Shown: positions 11,391-21,434 of the stretch, one piece after another
How positions within the stretch are numbered: the stretch's first letter is position 1
How the letters are laid out: each line of letters begins with the position of its first letter
From: Aquificaceae bacterium
Lineage (GTDB): Bacteria > Aquificota > Aquificia > Aquificales > Aquificaceae
Direction: 5' to 3'
Assembly (NCBI GenBank): GCA_037925075.1
Contig: JAXSNR010000001.1
Location: 448,001-512,000, forward strand
DNA length: 64,000 bases
The notes under the pieces: generated by a model
What the model was told of the DNA's origin: nothing
Database searches by the model: none
The model's input: only the letters and a program-made list of their open reading frames with translations
Position numbers and translations under genes: made by a program

Positions 11391-11936
11391 ATGATGGAGG
11401 ATATTTTCAAAAGTGCAGAAGAGGATATGAAAAAGGCTGTAAACTACTTTAAGAACGAGACCACAGGCTTGAGAACAGGCAGGGCGAGCACCTCCTTAGT
11501 AGAAGAGCTAAAGGTAGAATACTACGGATCAAAAGTTCCACTTAAACAGCTTGGAAGCATAAACGTCACCGATGTGAACCAGATCACCATACAGCTATGG
11601 GACGCTAACGCGGTATCAAGCGTAGAAAAGGCAATAATGGAACATTTAAACCTCACCCCCCAAAGGCAGGGCAACGTGCTAAGGATAACCCTACCACCCC
11701 TCACTCAGGAAAGAAGAAAAGAACTTGTAAAGACCCTTCACAAGATGGCGGAGGAGGCAAGGGTAGCGGTCAGGAATATAAGAAGGGACGCAAAGGAGAT
11801 GATAGAAGACCTTGAAGGTGTTTCTGAAGATGAGATTAAAAGGTCCTTGGAGAAGTTGCAAAAGCTTACAGACAAATACATAGAGGAGATAAACACCATC
11901 GCGGAAGCAAAGGAGAGGGAGATAATGGGTGGATGA
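11391..11936 (+). CDS. frr: Ribosome recycling factor
   Basis: LRTGRA, PPLTQERRKEL, RVAVRNIRRD. Confidence 0.97.
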   Translation: MMEDIFKSAEEDMKKAVNYFKNETTGLRTGRASTSLVEELKVEYYGSKVPLKQLGSINVTDVNQITIQLWDANAVSSVEKAIMEHLNLTPQRQGNVLRITLPPLTQERRKELVKTLHKMAEEARVAVRNIRRDAKEMIEDLEGVSEDEIKRSLEKLQKLTDKYIEEINTIAEAKEREIMGG

Positions 11937-12637
11937 AGCTCTTTTCCAATGTACTGCTTCTTGACCCAGAAGGGCATAAAAATCTCAAGTGGTACTGCTT
12001 AAAGGAGCGTTGCCCTCACAGTTGTTGCCTTATCCCTGATAGAACCTTTGTGGTCCTTGAAGAGGTTATACCCTTATCAAGGTACTTCCCCATAGTTATA
12101 AACGTTGAAGTTGATGAGCAGGGAAAAGAGCATAGGCTTTTGTGTGCCTACTTTAGATTGAAGGAAGATAAAAAGGGCTGTATATATCTTAAAGATGGCC
12201 TTGGGTGTCTTTTGGAGGGAGAAAAGCCCTACACCTGCAGGCAGTATCCCTTCTTTATAAGTGAGGGTTATCTTGCATTTGACCTCACATGCCCCGGCTT
12301 TTCTGAGGTGGAAGGGGTGCCCCTATGGGAGGGTAAGTTTGTAAATCCTTATTTTGAAAAGGGTTTTTATGCCTACTCTCTAAGGCTTGAAGAAGGCAAA
12401 TCTCAAACAGAGGAGTTCCTCCGCACGCTTTTTGACCTTGGGCTTGTTATAGGTGGAAGAGTTAGCCATGAAGGAGTTGAGGCTTCCTTCAACATGGTGG
12501 ATGAAAAAAGACTTCTTGAGCTTCCCTTAGATACCCTAAAAAGGCTCTCGGAAAACCAATACCTTAGGCTAATCTACGCCCATCTTAACTCCTTGCAAAA
12601 CTGGGAGCGCCTAATAAAAAGGTACATTAACGGTTAG
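11933..12637 (+). CDS. YkgJ-family Cys-cluster (Fe/Zn) protein
   Basis: CxxxCxxxCC ... CIYL ... C ... KPYTCRQYPF ... CPG pattern. Confidence 0.8.
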   Translation: MKLFSNVLLLDPEGHKNLKWYCLKERCPHSCCLIPDRTFVVLEEVIPLSRYFPIVINVEVDEQGKEHRLLCAYFRLKEDKKGCIYLKDGLGCLLEGEKPYTCRQYPFFISEGYLAFDLTCPGFSEVEGVPLWEGKFVNPYFEKGFYAYSLRLEEGKSQTEEFLRTLFDLGLVIGGRVSHEGVEASFNMVDEKRLLELPLDTLKRLSENQYLRLIYAHLNSLQNWERLIKRYING

Positions 12638-13127
12638 AAAGTATAAAGATTAGGTCTGCGACCTCATCTCGCATGGTGGACTTTGTAGGTTTTGGTGTTT
12701 GTCTTTCTAACCTTGCATAAGTACTACTGGGCTGTTCCAACCTCCTTGCAAAGAGAAACCTTTTTTGCCAATAGGGCTCATCTACTCTGTTTATTGTTAT
12801 GCCACTCCTTTCGCTAGCATGTACAAACTTGCCATTGCCTATGTATATGCCCACGTGGGATGGTCCGGGTTTGTAGGTGGTAAAGAAGAGAAGGTCTCCA
12901 GGTCTTAGATCCTCATAATCTACCAGCATACCAACGCGAGATTGTTCCGCGGTACTTCTTGGAAGCTTTATACCGTTGACCTCAAAAACCCTTTGCACAA
13001 AGGCGGAGCAATCCATCCTGTAAAGCTCATTGGCACCAAACTGATAGGGCCTTTCCATGTAGGTTAGTGCGGTCAGAACTATGTTATCCGCAAAGGCTAA
13101 GCTAAAGCTTAACATGAACCCTACCAT
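12627..13127 (-). CDS. NlpC/P60 peptidoglycan endopeptidase
   Basis: DCSAFV, LPRSTAEQ, PGDLLFF, HVGIYIG..FVHAS; signal peptide. Confidence 0.92.
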   Translation of the reverse strand: MVGFMLSFSLAFADNIVLTALTYMERPYQFGANELYRMDCSAFVQRVFEVNGIKLPRSTAEQSRVGMLVDYEDLRPGDLLFFTTYKPGPSHVGIYIGNGKFVHASERSGITINRVDEPYWQKRFLFARRLEQPSSTYARLERQTPKPTKSTMRDEVADLIFILSNR

Positions 13128-14244
13128 ACTCCCCCTCATGCCTTCTGAATATATCCATTACTTTTTCCTCTGTCAAGCTTCTGAGGAAGCCAAACAAGCC
13201 TTTCCAGTACAAACCCTTATATGTCTCTTCTGCGGTAAGGATACGGTAGAAACTCTTTAATGCGTAATCCCTTCCCATTCTAAAGGCAACGGATTGAAAC
13301 CTATATGCGAGCTTTGCTATCTTTCCTGCGTGTATGAGCTCCTCTACCATGGGTTTTAGCAATCTCCAATAAGCTTTTGCTGGCTGAGAGGGATTTTCCA
13401 CTATGGCTTTTGAGAGGAGCTCTCCAGCCCAGAGGGCATAGTATATGCCTTCTCCAAGTAGTGGGTCTGTCATGTTCGCGGCATCTCCCACAAGCAGCGC
13501 TCTTTCTCTGCCAATATGGATATCCTCTTTCCCTTCTGGAAAGGGTATGTGCCACCCTCTTGGAGGCTTAAAGTCAATACCCCTTTTAAGGGTGTAGTTC
13601 TTAAGTAGCTCAAGTAAGTCCTCTCTTCCAGTTGTTGCAATACCTACGCTTACACCTTCACCATGAGGGAACACCCATAGGTATCCCCTGCTTACCCAAC
13701 CTATCTCAATCAAAACCCTATCCCTGGGATCACCTTCCGTGAAAAGCTCAAGGCTTCTAAAAAACTTTCTCTTTTTGTATCCGAGAAGTTTTGCCACCTT
13801 TGAATAAAAGCCATCCGCGCCAATCAAATAATGCGTATAAAAGCTACCTATATCCGTATAAACTCTGTAAAGGCTTCCTTCCCTCTCAAAGCCTGTAAAG
13901 CTTGCCATCAAAAGGTCCGCACCAGACTCAAGAGCCTTCTGGACAAGAAAGTAATCAAACTGGCCTCTATCAACAACATAGGCTATTTCTCTGCCTGCGT
14001 CAATTTCATACTCCATCAAACCCCTATAGCCAAGCCTTCCAGACCTTATGGTGTTTAGGAGGAGCCCTTTATATCCATCGGGCAAAAGTCTTAAAGTCCT
14101 TGCAGACAGGCAACCTGCACAGAGCTTGAACCTTGGAAGCTTTTCCTTTTCAAGGATTAAGACCTTTAAGCCTAACCTTGAAAGATGGTAAGCGGTGGAA
14201 GCCCCCGCAGGACCCCCACCTACAATTATCGCTTCATAATGCAC
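13102..14244 (-). CDS. Geranylgeranyl reductase family FAD oxidoreductase
   Basis: GGGPAG, PRFKLCAG, GADG, GYLWVFP, GDAA..DPLLGEGI. Confidence 0.9.
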   Translation of the reverse strand: MHYEAIIVGGGPAGASTAYHLSRLGLKVLILEKEKLPRFKLCAGCLSARTLRLLPDGYKGLLLNTIRSGRLGYRGLMEYEIDAGREIAYVVDRGQFDYFLVQKALESGADLLMASFTGFEREGSLYRVYTDIGSFYTHYLIGADGFYSKVAKLLGYKKRKFFRSLELFTEGDPRDRVLIEIGWVSRGYLWVFPHGEGVSVGIATTGREDLLELLKNYTLKRGIDFKPPRGWHIPFPEGKEDIHIGRERALLVGDAANMTDPLLGEGIYYALWAGELLSKAIVENPSQPAKAYWRLLKPMVEELIHAGKIAKLAYRFQSVAFRMGRDYALKSFYRILTAEETYKGLYWKGLFGFLRSLTEEKVMDIFRRHEGEYGRVHVKL

Positions 14245-14258
14245 ATAAAAAGTTTATA

Positions 14259-14534
14259 TCACTTGCCGTAGTACTTGCTAAGATATTCAACTATTTTTTG
14301 GGCGTCTTCCTCTTTTATGGGTGCACCAAAAACCTTTATCATCTTGTTTACGCTTGCCTCCCAACCCTTTCTGTCTAAAAAGGGTGAGTTCATCTGTATG
14401 TAGTCAAGACTGTGGCAGGCAACACAGTTTGCTTCAACAAGGTCTCTGTTAGGAGCATCTTTTAGCCTTACCTTTTCCTCAAGGGCAAGGGTAAAGATTG
14501 GTGCAAAAAGAAGCACAAAGACCAATTTTTTCAT
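14259..14534 (-). CDS. sorB: Sulfite dehydrogenase cytochrome c subunit SorB-like
   Basis: Signal peptide; CVACHSLDYI, W.ASV.KMIKVFGAPI as in SorB; follows sorA. Confidence 0.85.
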   Translation of the reverse strand: MKKLVFVLLFAPIFTLALEEKVRLKDAPNRDLVEANCVACHSLDYIQMNSPFLDRKGWEASVNKMIKVFGAPIKEEDAQKIVEYLSKYYGK

Positions 14535-14550
14535 GGTAGCCCCTCCTTAC

Positions 14551-15786
14551 TTATACCACTTTTATACTTACCCTGTGGACCACATTATGATGGTAGCCCG
14601 CAGGATTCCATATAAGCTCAAAGGTCTGGGTTTGGCCCATGCTGTTTGTAGCCTTTGCCATTATGGTGTATTCTCCGCGCTTGGTAGGCTTAAAGGTGTA
14701 GGTCCACTGTCTCCATGAAAACCTACCGTAATCCTTGCCTAACTGGGAGGTATGCCAGCTTTTGCCACCATCGGTGGAAACTTCAACCTGCTTTATTATG
14801 TAACCGCCATCCCATGCAATACCCTTAACCTCTACAGGTTGCCCAAGCTTAAAGACCTGACCGTCTTTTATGTTGGTTATCAAGGAGTTCACCACCATTT
14901 CGGTTATTGGGGTGTTTACGTTGGTTTCTTGGGACAGGAACCTATCTCTGATGGGGAATTTACCTAAGGGTATCCTATAAGCCGGGTTCATCCAGAAGCC
15001 CTTGTAGGGAGTGGAAACAACTTCTATGCTTGTTAGATGTTTAATCCAGTATGTTGCAGTCCACCCCGGAACAACGAGCCTTGCAGGGAAACCATTCCAA
15101 TGAGGTAGAGGTTCTCCGTTCATCTCATAAGCTATTATGGTGTTTTCATCAAGAGCCTTCCAGATTGGTATGCTTTTTATAAAATCGGGTGTTTTCTCTG
15201 AAACTCCTGTGTCCGCTCCGTCAAACACCACCTCCACCGCATTGGCCTTCAAACCAGCCTTATTGAGGATATCCTTTAGCCTTACACCTTTCCATCTGGC
15301 ATTTCCCATGGCACCATAGCCCCACTGTATACCGGGAACATGGGGCTTCATAAGACCCCTTCTGTTTCCAGAACACAAGCATACCGCAGCTATTTCCACC
15401 TGTTCAAACTTGGTTTTAAGGTCTTCAAGGGTAAGCTCATAAGGCTTTTCCACCGCACTACCACCTATCTTTAGCCTCCAAGTCTTTGCGTCTATCTCCG
15501 GTATGTTAGAAATGTGATACCTGACAAAAAAGGCATCGTTTGGAGTAAACATCTCGTTAAAGTAGTGCACAGGTGTTTCAAAGTTTGGGGGTCTGTAAGT
15601 TTTCTTTATCAGGGGTTTTTTACCGGGCAGGGCTTCAAGGGTTTGAGATTGGAGTATTCCTTCTGGTAGCTCTTTTACTGCGGTACTAAGGAGTTCCGGG
15701 TCCACTGCAGCAAGCACATACTTGGGAAGCAACAGACCACTGGCTCCCAAGGCAAAGGAACTAAGTACTTCCCTCCTGCTAAGCAT
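14551..15786 (-). CDS. sorA: Periplasmic molybdopterin sulfite dehydrogenase SorA-like
   Basis: Tat SRREVL, FFVRYH, CSGNRR (Mo-ligating Cys), NGEPLP.WNGFPARL, VEVSTDGG. Confidence 0.88.
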   Translation of the reverse strand: MLSRREVLSSFALGASGLLLPKYVLAAVDPELLSTAVKELPEGILQSQTLEALPGKKPLIKKTYRPPNFETPVHYFNEMFTPNDAFFVRYHISNIPEIDAKTWRLKIGGSAVEKPYELTLEDLKTKFEQVEIAAVCLCSGNRRGLMKPHVPGIQWGYGAMGNARWKGVRLKDILNKAGLKANAVEVVFDGADTGVSEKTPDFIKSIPIWKALDENTIIAYEMNGEPLPHWNGFPARLVVPGWTATYWIKHLTSIEVVSTPYKGFWMNPAYRIPLGKFPIRDRFLSQETNVNTPITEMVVNSLITNIKDGQVFKLGQPVEVKGIAWDGGYIIKQVEVSTDGGKSWHTSQLGKDYGRFSWRQWTYTFKPTKRGEYTIMAKATNSMGQTQTFELIWNPAGYHHNVVHRVSIKVV

Positions 15787-15820
15787 TCTTACACCTCCTT
15801 AAAAGCTTGCTTTTTGAAAA

Positions 15821-15884
15821 AATATACCTTTTTGGAAGGGTTTTTCAATAAATATTTTTTAATGAGTTCATAAGGGTGTTTAAT
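15821..15884 (-). promoter_or_regulatory. sorA promoter with tandem LysR-type boxes
   Basis: Minus strand: ATTA-N7-TTAT (15884-15870), TTAA-N7-TTAT (15862-15848) abutting TTGAAA-N16-TATATT. Confidence 0.55.
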
Positions 15885-15896
15885 ATGTTTATATAG

Positions 15897-16823
15897 CTAA
15901 AACCTTATAAGACTTGCCCCCCAAGTGAGCCCTCCACCCATGGCGGTAAAGAGAACAAGGTCTCCTCTTTTAAGCCTTCCCTCCCTGTAGGCTTCAAAAA
16001 GGGCTATGGGAATGGATGCGGCGCTCGTATTTCCGTACTTGTGAATGTTTGAGTACACCTTCTCCATAGGTATTCCAAGCTTTTCGGCCAAAGCCTGCAT
16101 TATCCTTATGTTTGCTTGGTGAGGTATGAGAAGGTCCAATTCTTGTAAAGAAACCCCGGCTTTTTGTATTACCTCTTCACACACTTCAGCCATGGCACGA
16201 ACCGCCAGCTTGAAGAGCTCTTTGCCCTTCATCCTTATGTACCCGCATCTTTCCGCGTACAGAATGTCCCAGTAGTTGCCGTCAGAACGCATCACAGAGG
16301 CAAGGAACTCTCCCTCACCCTCAGAACTCAGAACCACAGCACCAGCACCGTCACCAAAGAGGACGCAAGTGGACCTGTCGGTCCAATCCACTATCTGCGA
16401 AAGCTTCTCCGCCCCCACAAGCAGTATATTTTTAGCTTTGCCAGAGGACAGCATGGAGCTTGCTATCTCAAGGCCATAGAGAAAGCCACTACAGGCGGCG
16501 GAAATGTCAAAGGAGTAAGCCCTATGGGCACCAAGCTTTGCCTGAAGAAGGCAGGCACTGGAAGGAAAGCCAAGGTCTGGAGTAAGGGTCGCAAGGATTA
16601 TAACATCCAGCTCCTCAGCTTTTATCTTTGCCTCCTCAAGAGCCTGAAGGCTTGCCTTATAGGCCATATGGGTAAGGTTTTCCGACTTTGCTATTCTTCT
16701 CTCTTTTATGCCTGTTCTTGTGGTAATCCACTCATCGGATGTATCCACCATCCTTTCAAGGTCAAAGTTTGTAAGGACTTCCTGTGGTGTATAACCGCCC
16801 ATGCCTTTTATGGTAATACCCAT
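15897..16823 (-). CDS. fabH: 3-oxoacyl-ACP synthase III
   Basis: AACSGF, PHQANIRI, YGNTSAASIP triad. Confidence 0.97.
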   Translation of the reverse strand: MGITIKGMGGYTPQEVLTNFDLERMVDTSDEWITTRTGIKERRIAKSENLTHMAYKASLQALEEAKIKAEELDVIILATLTPDLGFPSSACLLQAKLGAHRAYSFDISAACSGFLYGLEIASSMLSSGKAKNILLVGAEKLSQIVDWTDRSTCVLFGDGAGAVVLSSEGEGEFLASVMRSDGNYWDILYAERCGYIRMKGKELFKLAVRAMAEVCEEVIQKAGVSLQELDLLIPHQANIRIMQALAEKLGIPMEKVYSNIHKYGNTSAASIPIALFEAYREGRLKRGDLVLFTAMGGGLTWGASLIRF

Positions 16824-17827
16824 CAGAGCCTTACCTCTTGTGGAAGAAGTTTTTTCAGGTTTTCCGAAAGCCTTTCGTTAAAGTGATGCGTCAAAAACTC
16901 GTTGGCAACCTTTATGGCATTCCTTATGGCTTTTGCGTTTGCCCTGCCATGAGTTATTATAACTGGCTTTTTTGCACCCAAGAGGGGTATGCCTCCATAC
17001 TCTGTAAAATCCGCCTTTTTCCTAAAGTTGTTTAGGGCAGGTTTTATAAGTAAGGCTCCAAGCTTTGCAATAAGGCTTTTTTGGATCTCTTCCTTTATCA
17101 TCTGAAGCACCGCAAGCCCAAGGCTTTCACTCGCCTTTAGCACCACATTACCCACAAAGCCGTCGCATACTATAACATCAAAGGTTCCAGAGTATATGTC
17201 TCTACCCTCTGCATTTCCAAGAAAGTTGAGGTTGCTGGCTTTTAAAAGAGGGTATGTTTCCTTCACAAGGTCGTTTCCCTTGCCTTCCTCCTCCCCTATG
17301 CTGAGAATGCCCACCCTTGGGTTTTTTATACCCAGTATTTCTTCTGCATATGTATGCCCTATAACCGCAAAATGCAGTAAATGAACGGACTTACAGTCCA
17401 CGTTTGCACCCACATCTATAAGAACCGTTTTACCCTTTGGGTTTGGCAACGGCACGCCTATTGCTGGTCTTTCAAGCTCAGGAATGGCACCTATAACGAA
17501 TTTGCCCACCGTTAGCACAGCACCCGTATTGCCCGCAGAAACAAGACCATCCGCTCTTCCATCTCTTACAAGCTTACCCGCTATATAAAGGGAAGAGCCC
17601 TTTTTTCTAAGAACGTTGGAAGGAGCCTCATGCATCTGAATCACATCTGGTGCATGCACCACCTCAAGACCTTTGAACTTCTCTTTGTCCAGTGTATACC
17701 TTATCTTTTCCTCATCCCCCACCAAAATACTTTCAAGGCCCAACTCCTTATAGGCAAGGACACAACCTTTTACGATTTCCTCGGGGGCGTAGTCTCCCCC
17801 CATGCAATCAACCGCTATTTTTGTCAT
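16823..17827 (-). CDS. plsX: Phosphate acyltransferase
   Basis: IAVDCMGGDYAP, SAGNTGA, DVGANVD, CDGFVGN. Confidence 0.97.
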   Translation of the reverse strand: MTKIAVDCMGGDYAPEEIVKGCVLAYKELGLESILVGDEEKIRYTLDKEKFKGLEVVHAPDVIQMHEAPSNVLRKKGSSLYIAGKLVRDGRADGLVSAGNTGAVLTVGKFVIGAIPELERPAIGVPLPNPKGKTVLIDVGANVDCKSVHLLHFAVIGHTYAEEILGIKNPRVGILSIGEEEGKGNDLVKETYPLLKASNLNFLGNAEGRDIYSGTFDVIVCDGFVGNVVLKASESLGLAVLQMIKEEIQKSLIAKLGALLIKPALNNFRKKADFTEYGGIPLLGAKKPVIITHGRANAKAIRNAIKVANEFLTHHFNERLSENLKKLLPQEVRL

Positions 17828-18009
17828 GAAGTTTTGAGAACTTCCCTTCCCTTATAGTATCCACAGTAGGGACATGCCCTGTGTGGCATCATAAGTTCCC
17901 CACAGTTGGGACAGGTAGCAAGGGACAGGGTACTAAGTTTTGCAAAGAAGTTTTGTGCCCTTCTCTGGTCTCTTCTCCATCTTGAGGTTTTTCTCTTTGG
18001 AACCGCCAT
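17824..18009 (-). CDS. rpmF: 50S ribosomal protein L32 (Zn-binding type)
   Basis: MAVPKRKTS, CPNCG..PHRACPYCG. Confidence 0.97.
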   Translation of the reverse strand: MAVPKRKTSRWRRDQRRAQNFFAKLSTLSLATCPNCGELMMPHRACPYCGYYKGREVLKTS

Positions 18010-18041
18010 CTTATAGCCTCCGCAGTTTAATGGAATTTGTA

Positions 18042-18530
18042 TTATAACATATTCGCCTTTTTGAAAAGGTCGCCAAGGGTGGTGGACCTGTACTCAAGAG
18101 CATTTTGAAAACCAGCCATGCAGTCAGGACTGCAAAGGGGTTTTGTGGGTATGCTAAGTATTATCTGTTCCCTTACGAGGCTTGTAAGGTCAAAGGCTTC
18201 CTCATCCTCAAAAAAGGAGACTTCAAGCTCAGAAGGTTTAAGATGGAGCACATCTTTGGTAGGATAGGACTCTATTCTTAAGGTTTCACTTTTACCTATA
18301 TCCTTTTGAAACAGGGTCAGACATCTACTACACTCAAGCACCACATAACCCTCAATCTCCATGCTTACTCTGTATCCACCTTTTTCCTTTGTTATCTCCA
18401 CGTAAAGGCTTATGGGTTCCTTTATCTCACCGAGGTCTGGGGGTAGTTTTATGTCTTCAGGCTTGAAAAGATAGCTCTGTGAAAACTTTTTCCTTGTTTT
18501 GAATATCTCTTTTAGGTTTAGCTTTACCAT
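18042..18530 (-). CDS. yceD: YceD/DUF177 23S rRNA accumulation protein
   Basis: CSRCL, EQIILSIP.KPLCSPDC; conserved position upstream of rpmF. Confidence 0.9.
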   Translation of the reverse strand: MVKLNLKEIFKTRKKFSQSYLFKPEDIKLPPDLGEIKEPISLYVEITKEKGGYRVSMEIEGYVVLECSRCLTLFQKDIGKSETLRIESYPTKDVLHLKPSELEVSFFEDEEAFDLTSLVREQIILSIPTKPLCSPDCMAGFQNALEYRSTTLGDLFKKANML

Positions 18531-18577
18531 AATGTTTTAAAATATTTCAGACCTAAAAGGATTTCAAGGAGGTCTGT

Positions 18578-19555
18578 ATGAGGCTTGTAGCCATTGGAGG
18601 AGGAACGGGGCTTTCCACCCTTTTGAGAGGACTAAAGGAGAGGGTAGGCAGGGAAATTGAAGACCTTTCCGCCATAGTCACCGTTGCAGACAGTGGTGGA
18701 AGCACTGGAAAGCTAAGGAAGCTATACAATGTGCCCGCACCTGGGGACATAAGGAACTGTATAGTCGCCTTGTCAGAAAGTGAGGAGATAATAGGCGAGC
18801 TCTTTCAGTTTAGGTTCAAAGGTGGGGAGCTTGAGGGGCATGCCCTCGGAAACCTCTTTTTGGTAGCCTTGACGGAGATAACCGGTAGCTTTATGCAGGC
18901 GGTAAACATAGCTTCTCAGATACTAAGAACAAAGGGGGAGATAATCCCAGCAACCCTTGAAAACATCCAGCTATGTGCGGAGTTTAGCGATGGAAGTATA
19001 GTATATGGAGAGGAAGAGATAACAGAATATGGAAAACACGATGGAGTTAAGCTTAGAAAAATATGGATAGAACCTCAGGGCGTAAAGGCTCCCATAGATG
19101 CGGTCGCAAAGATAGAGGCCGCGGATATGATAGTTTTTGGTCCAGGTAGCCTTTATACGAGCATCATTCCAAACCTGCTTATAGGGGACATAAGGGATGC
19201 TGTAAACCGGTCTCCAGCCGTGAAGGTTTTTGTGGTCAACGCCATGACCCAGCCTGGAGAGACAGACGCCTTTACCGCCTACGACCACATAAGAACCTTC
19301 AGAGAATACACGGGAGTAGAGAAAATAGATGTGGTGCTGGTAAACACCAAGATGCCCTCAGACCCAGTCCTGAGGAGATATTTGCAACAAAAACAAGAGC
19401 CAGTTATACCAGACATAGCAAGGATCGCAAGGGAAGGGATAGAGGTGTACGCGGAAGACCTTATTGGGGACAAGGATGATTTTGTAAGGCATGACCCAAA
19501 AAGGCTTGCAGACCTTATAGTGGAAATACACAAAAAACATGGTGTTTTTCCTTAA
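18578..19555 (+). CDS. YvcK/GlmR (CofD-like) gluconeogenesis factor
   Basis: [30 protein letters not shown]. Confidence 0.92.
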   Translation: MRLVAIGGGTGLSTLLRGLKERVGREIEDLSAIVTVADSGGSTGKLRKLYNVPAPGDIRNCIVALSESEEIIGELFQFRFKGGELEGHALGNLFLVALTEITGSFMQAVNIASQILRTKGEIIPATLENIQLCAEFSDGSIVYGEEEITEYGKHDGVKLRKIWIEPQGVKAPIDAVAKIEAADMIVFGPGSLYTSIIPNLLIGDIRDAVNRSPAVKVFVVNAMTQPGETDAFTAYDHIRTFREYTGVEKIDVVLVNTKMPSDPVLRRYLQQKQEPVIPDIARIAREGIEVYAEDLIGDKDDFVRHDPKRLADLIVEIHKKHGVFP

Positions 19556-21047
19556 CTTTGACACCTCGAAGCTTCCCACCGAGGAAGCTCAGGCGGTTGT
19601 ATGTGGTAGTGGCATAGGTGGGCTAACCACCGCCATAGTCCTCAAGGAATTAGGTGTAGACCCTCTTATCCTCACAAGGGGAGTAGGAAACACCTACTAC
19701 TCACAGGGTGGCATAGCCTGTGCCCTTGACCCAAAGGACAGCCCCTATCTTCATATGCTTGACACCCAAAAGGCAGGAAGAGGCTTGTGTAGGGAAGATA
19801 CCCTCAGAGTTTTGGTGGATGAGGGCGTGCAAAGAATGGCGGACCTCAAAAGGTGGGGTGTGGTCTTTGATGAGGAAACCACCATAGAAGGGGGTCATTC
19901 CTTTCCAAGGGTTTACAAGGTTAAGGACTACACGGGCAGAGCCATATACGAAGCCCTGTGGAAAAGGGTAAGAGAACTGGGCATAAGGGTGGTAAGGGGA
20001 GAGATTGAGGAGGTACTGGGAGAGGAGAGGATAGAAGGGCTCATCTACTACGACGGCACTCTCAAACTTATAAGAACTCCAGCCCTTGTATTGGCAACGG
20101 GCGGGTCCGCAAGCATGTTTTTGCATACTTCAAACCCAGTAAAGGTAAGAGGAGATGCCCTTGGTATAGCCCTAAGAAAAGGCGTTAAATTGGTCAACCC
20201 GGAGTTTGTGCAGTTCCATCCTACTGTGGTAAAAAACACCAGCATACTCATCTCAGAGGCGGTAAGGGGAGAGGGTGCACTGCTTGTGGACAGCAAAGGG
20301 CAGAGGTTTGTTGATGAGCTTTTGCCCAGAGATGTGGTGGCAAGGGCAATATACCGAAAGCTAAAAGAAGGGGAGGAGGTCTTCCTTGATATGAGACCCA
20401 TAAGGGAAAAGGGCATAGACCTTTCCAAGAGGTTCCCTACCATATACGCCATGCTAAAAGAAATAGGCTACAATCCAGAAAGCCAACCCATTCCCATAAT
20501 CCCAGCGTCCCACTACTTTATAGGAGGCATCGAGGTGGATAGCTACGGAAAAACCACCTTTGAGGGGCTTTATGCCGTGGGAGAGTGTGCTTGCACGGGC
20601 GTGCATGGGGCAAACAGACTGGCCTCCAACTCCCTACTGGAAGGCTTAGTCTTTGGCTACAGGACCGCCTACAGGCTTTTGCACGACCTTTCCTTCTTGA
20701 AAAAGCCAAAAGAAGCCCACCACAAAAACCAAAGAGAGGGCAACCAAGACCCACCATATAGCTTTGAGGAACTAAGAAGGCTCATGTGGGAAAGCTGTGG
20801 ATTAGAAAGAGAAGAAGGTTCTCTCAAAGAAGCCATTGAAAGGCTTGGCACATGGCTAAAAACATGGAAAAGCTGGAAACCCACGATAGAAAACCGCCAG
20901 CTTTTTGACATAAGCCTCACCGCCATGGCTACGCTGAGCTGTGCCCTCTGGAGAAAAGAAAGCAGAGGGGTCCATCATAGAGTTGATTACCCTTACGAGA
21001 GGGAGGAGTTTAGGAAAGATAGTTTCTATTGCTTTTCATTAGATTGA
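19539..21047 (+). CDS. nadB: L-aspartate oxidase
   Basis: [42 protein letters not shown]. Confidence 0.95.
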   Translation: MVFFLNFDTSKLPTEEAQAVVCGSGIGGLTTAIVLKELGVDPLILTRGVGNTYYSQGGIACALDPKDSPYLHMLDTQKAGRGLCREDTLRVLVDEGVQRMADLKRWGVVFDEETTIEGGHSFPRVYKVKDYTGRAIYEALWKRVRELGIRVVRGEIEEVLGEERIEGLIYYDGTLKLIRTPALVLATGGSASMFLHTSNPVKVRGDALGIALRKGVKLVNPEFVQFHPTVVKNTSILISEAVRGEGALLVDSKGQRFVDELLPRDVVARAIYRKLKEGEEVFLDMRPIREKGIDLSKRFPTIYAMLKEIGYNPESQPIPIIPASHYFIGGIEVDSYGKTTFEGLYAVGECACTGVHGANRLASNSLLEGLVFGYRTAYRLLHDLSFLKKPKEAHHKNQREGNQDPPYSFEELRRLMWESCGLEREEGSLKEAIERLGTWLKTWKSWKPTIENRQLFDISLTAMATLSCALWRKESRGVHHRVDYPYEREEFRKDSFYCFSLD

Positions 21048-21071
21048 AGGCGGTGCTATAATAAAAAACCC

Positions 21072-21434
21072 ATGGAGGCAAAGCTGGCAAAATACCACAG
21101 GGAAATAGATATAAAGGAGCTTGGAAGGCTTTTAGAGGAAAAGCTCAGAAGGGTACCTCCCACCATGGAGTATGTGAGGAACCTTATCCTTGACGCCAAG
21201 ATGCTGTACAGGATTTTATCCGATGAAGAGTTTGACCTAAAGGAAGACGCTAAGAGGGATTTTGTATCTTCACTTATCTACTTTATAGAGGACAGGGACT
21301 CAATACCTGACCGCATACCCTTGATTGGCTACTGGGACGACTACAAGCTAATAAGGTATGTCAAAGAAAAGCACAAGGAAGAGATAGACCGCTACTTTTC
21401 TCAGGTTAAGCATTTTATAGCCAACTATTTCTGA
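21072..21434 (+). CDS. DUF1232/YkvA family protein
   Basis: Y..D.IPD.IPLIGY.DD signature. Confidence 0.8.
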   Translation: MEAKLAKYHREIDIKELGRLLEEKLRRVPPTMEYVRNLILDAKMLYRILSDEEFDLKEDAKRDFVSSLIYFIEDRDSIPDRIPLIGYWDDYKLIRYVKEKHKEEIDRYFSQVKHFIANYF

